DNA from: Bispira polyomma
Taxonomy: Eukaryota
Assembly: GCA_965649765.1 (NCBI GenBank)
Contig: OZ287751.1
Span: 11,656,001 to 11,720,000 of the forward strand
Direction: 5' to 3'
DNA: 64,000 nt
Made by a program: the position numbers and the translations under genes. Shown piece by piece: positions 62,915 to 64,000 of the stretch; position 1 is the stretch's first letter, and every line of letters starts with the position of its first letter. The notes under the pieces were generated by a model. It made no database searches, was not told the DNA's origin, and worked only from the letters and a program-made list of their open reading frames with translations.

Positions 62915-64000
62915 AATTGCAGATTAAGACAGATGAACCATTATTAGTAACTTAGTAGGACGTTATTTTAAATTGATAAAGATAGTCGATGTCAGTAGAT
63001 AATAACCATGCAATCTAGTGCATAAATTATGGTGTCATTTGCATAATGAGGAAAGATTGTTATTTAGAGTTCATGACTTTTTGACGGTATAATGTTATGT
63101 GATGCTGCACACACAAAAAAGCTCTCCCTGGTAAGACCACTTTAACTTTGCCAAATTATATGTGTTTGTAGAACCTTTGATTTTTACTTATTGCACTTAT
63201 TAGACACATATTATACAAACAAACATGCACAAATCTGCACTTGCCAGATAGAAGACAAAATTTGTGACAAAACAAAAACAAATGAATGTCGACTTATAAA
63301 AATCAACACCTATGACAAGTGAGGTTTTTCTGAACTGACATAAAAACAAAACAAAAAAGAGTTTATCTGTGGGAGGTGAATGTCACATGTGACGTCATCT
63401 GTCTGACATCACAATCTTCCAACTGAATGGAAAACCAAGAACAGTTCTGTGATAATAATAATAACCCCTTTGTAGGTGTTTTTCTTTGCCAGATGACTGA
63501 ATTTGTATTTGTGGACAGGAATTATACACCGAATGGCTGTGGAGAGAATTAGTGCTTAGAAAAGACTGCGAGTAGTTCTTTTGTAACGGCAATCAAACAA
63601 AAAATACAAAGTATCTAATGGTTTGGTCACACTGGGTACGTTCAGATATACGTTTATTTCCTATGAGATTTTAAGAAATGTAAGCAAACCGAAATAAACA
63701 AAGCAGAATTGTGGGAAACATAACAAAATAAATAACGGATGAGACGTTTTTTACACGCATTCAACATGTTTTGGTAGCTTTTCTCATCTACAATGTTTTT
63801 AGATATGTTCCACACGATTCCTTCAAGCATTTTATTCCATTTTGATATTCTATTTTGATTACCCACGTTTTAAATAGGTTGTATTTAATTTTTTTATGTA
63901 TTTCACACTTCTGGTGATTATTTGCTGATAGTAGTCTTAGTGCCAGACGTGTCATACGTTTTACCTTCCATAATTGAAATGGAAGCCCAATGTGACCGTA

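Overview
AT-rich animal (probably invertebrate) genomic DNA dominated by mobile elements; no intact host gene was found. The main content is five tyrosine-recombinase (YR) retrotransposons of the DIRS order. E1 (11184-17898, -) and E3 (44508-52470, +) are full-length, with Ngaro/PAT-type split direct repeats. E2 (~35120-40760, +) is decayed, E4 (~57330-59400, -) lacks RT, and a 3' fragment lies at ~6293-6660. Comparing the copies by eye suggests a shared expression scheme driven from the single gag AUG. (1) All four gag-bearing elements have a phase-1 GT donor at the same mid-gag Gly codon and a phase-1 AG acceptor in front of the YR frame (exactly 6 nt after the pol stop in E1-E3), predicting a spliced Gag(N)-YR fusion. 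(2) Pol is reached by in-frame UAG readthrough in E1/E3 but by an A_AAA_AAC + hairpin -1 frameshift signal in E2/E4. (3) The 3' spacer of E1/E3 carries a covarying three-way-junction structure. Also present: a decayed two-gene PIF/Harbinger transposon hosting E3 and a SINE, L2/Crack-type LINE fragments, tRNA-derived SINEs with TSDs, MITEs, a diverged ~5.7 kb tandem duplication and dispersed GGTNACCTTAA-motif arrays. All alignments and folds were done by eye, and novelty relative to the literature could not be checked.
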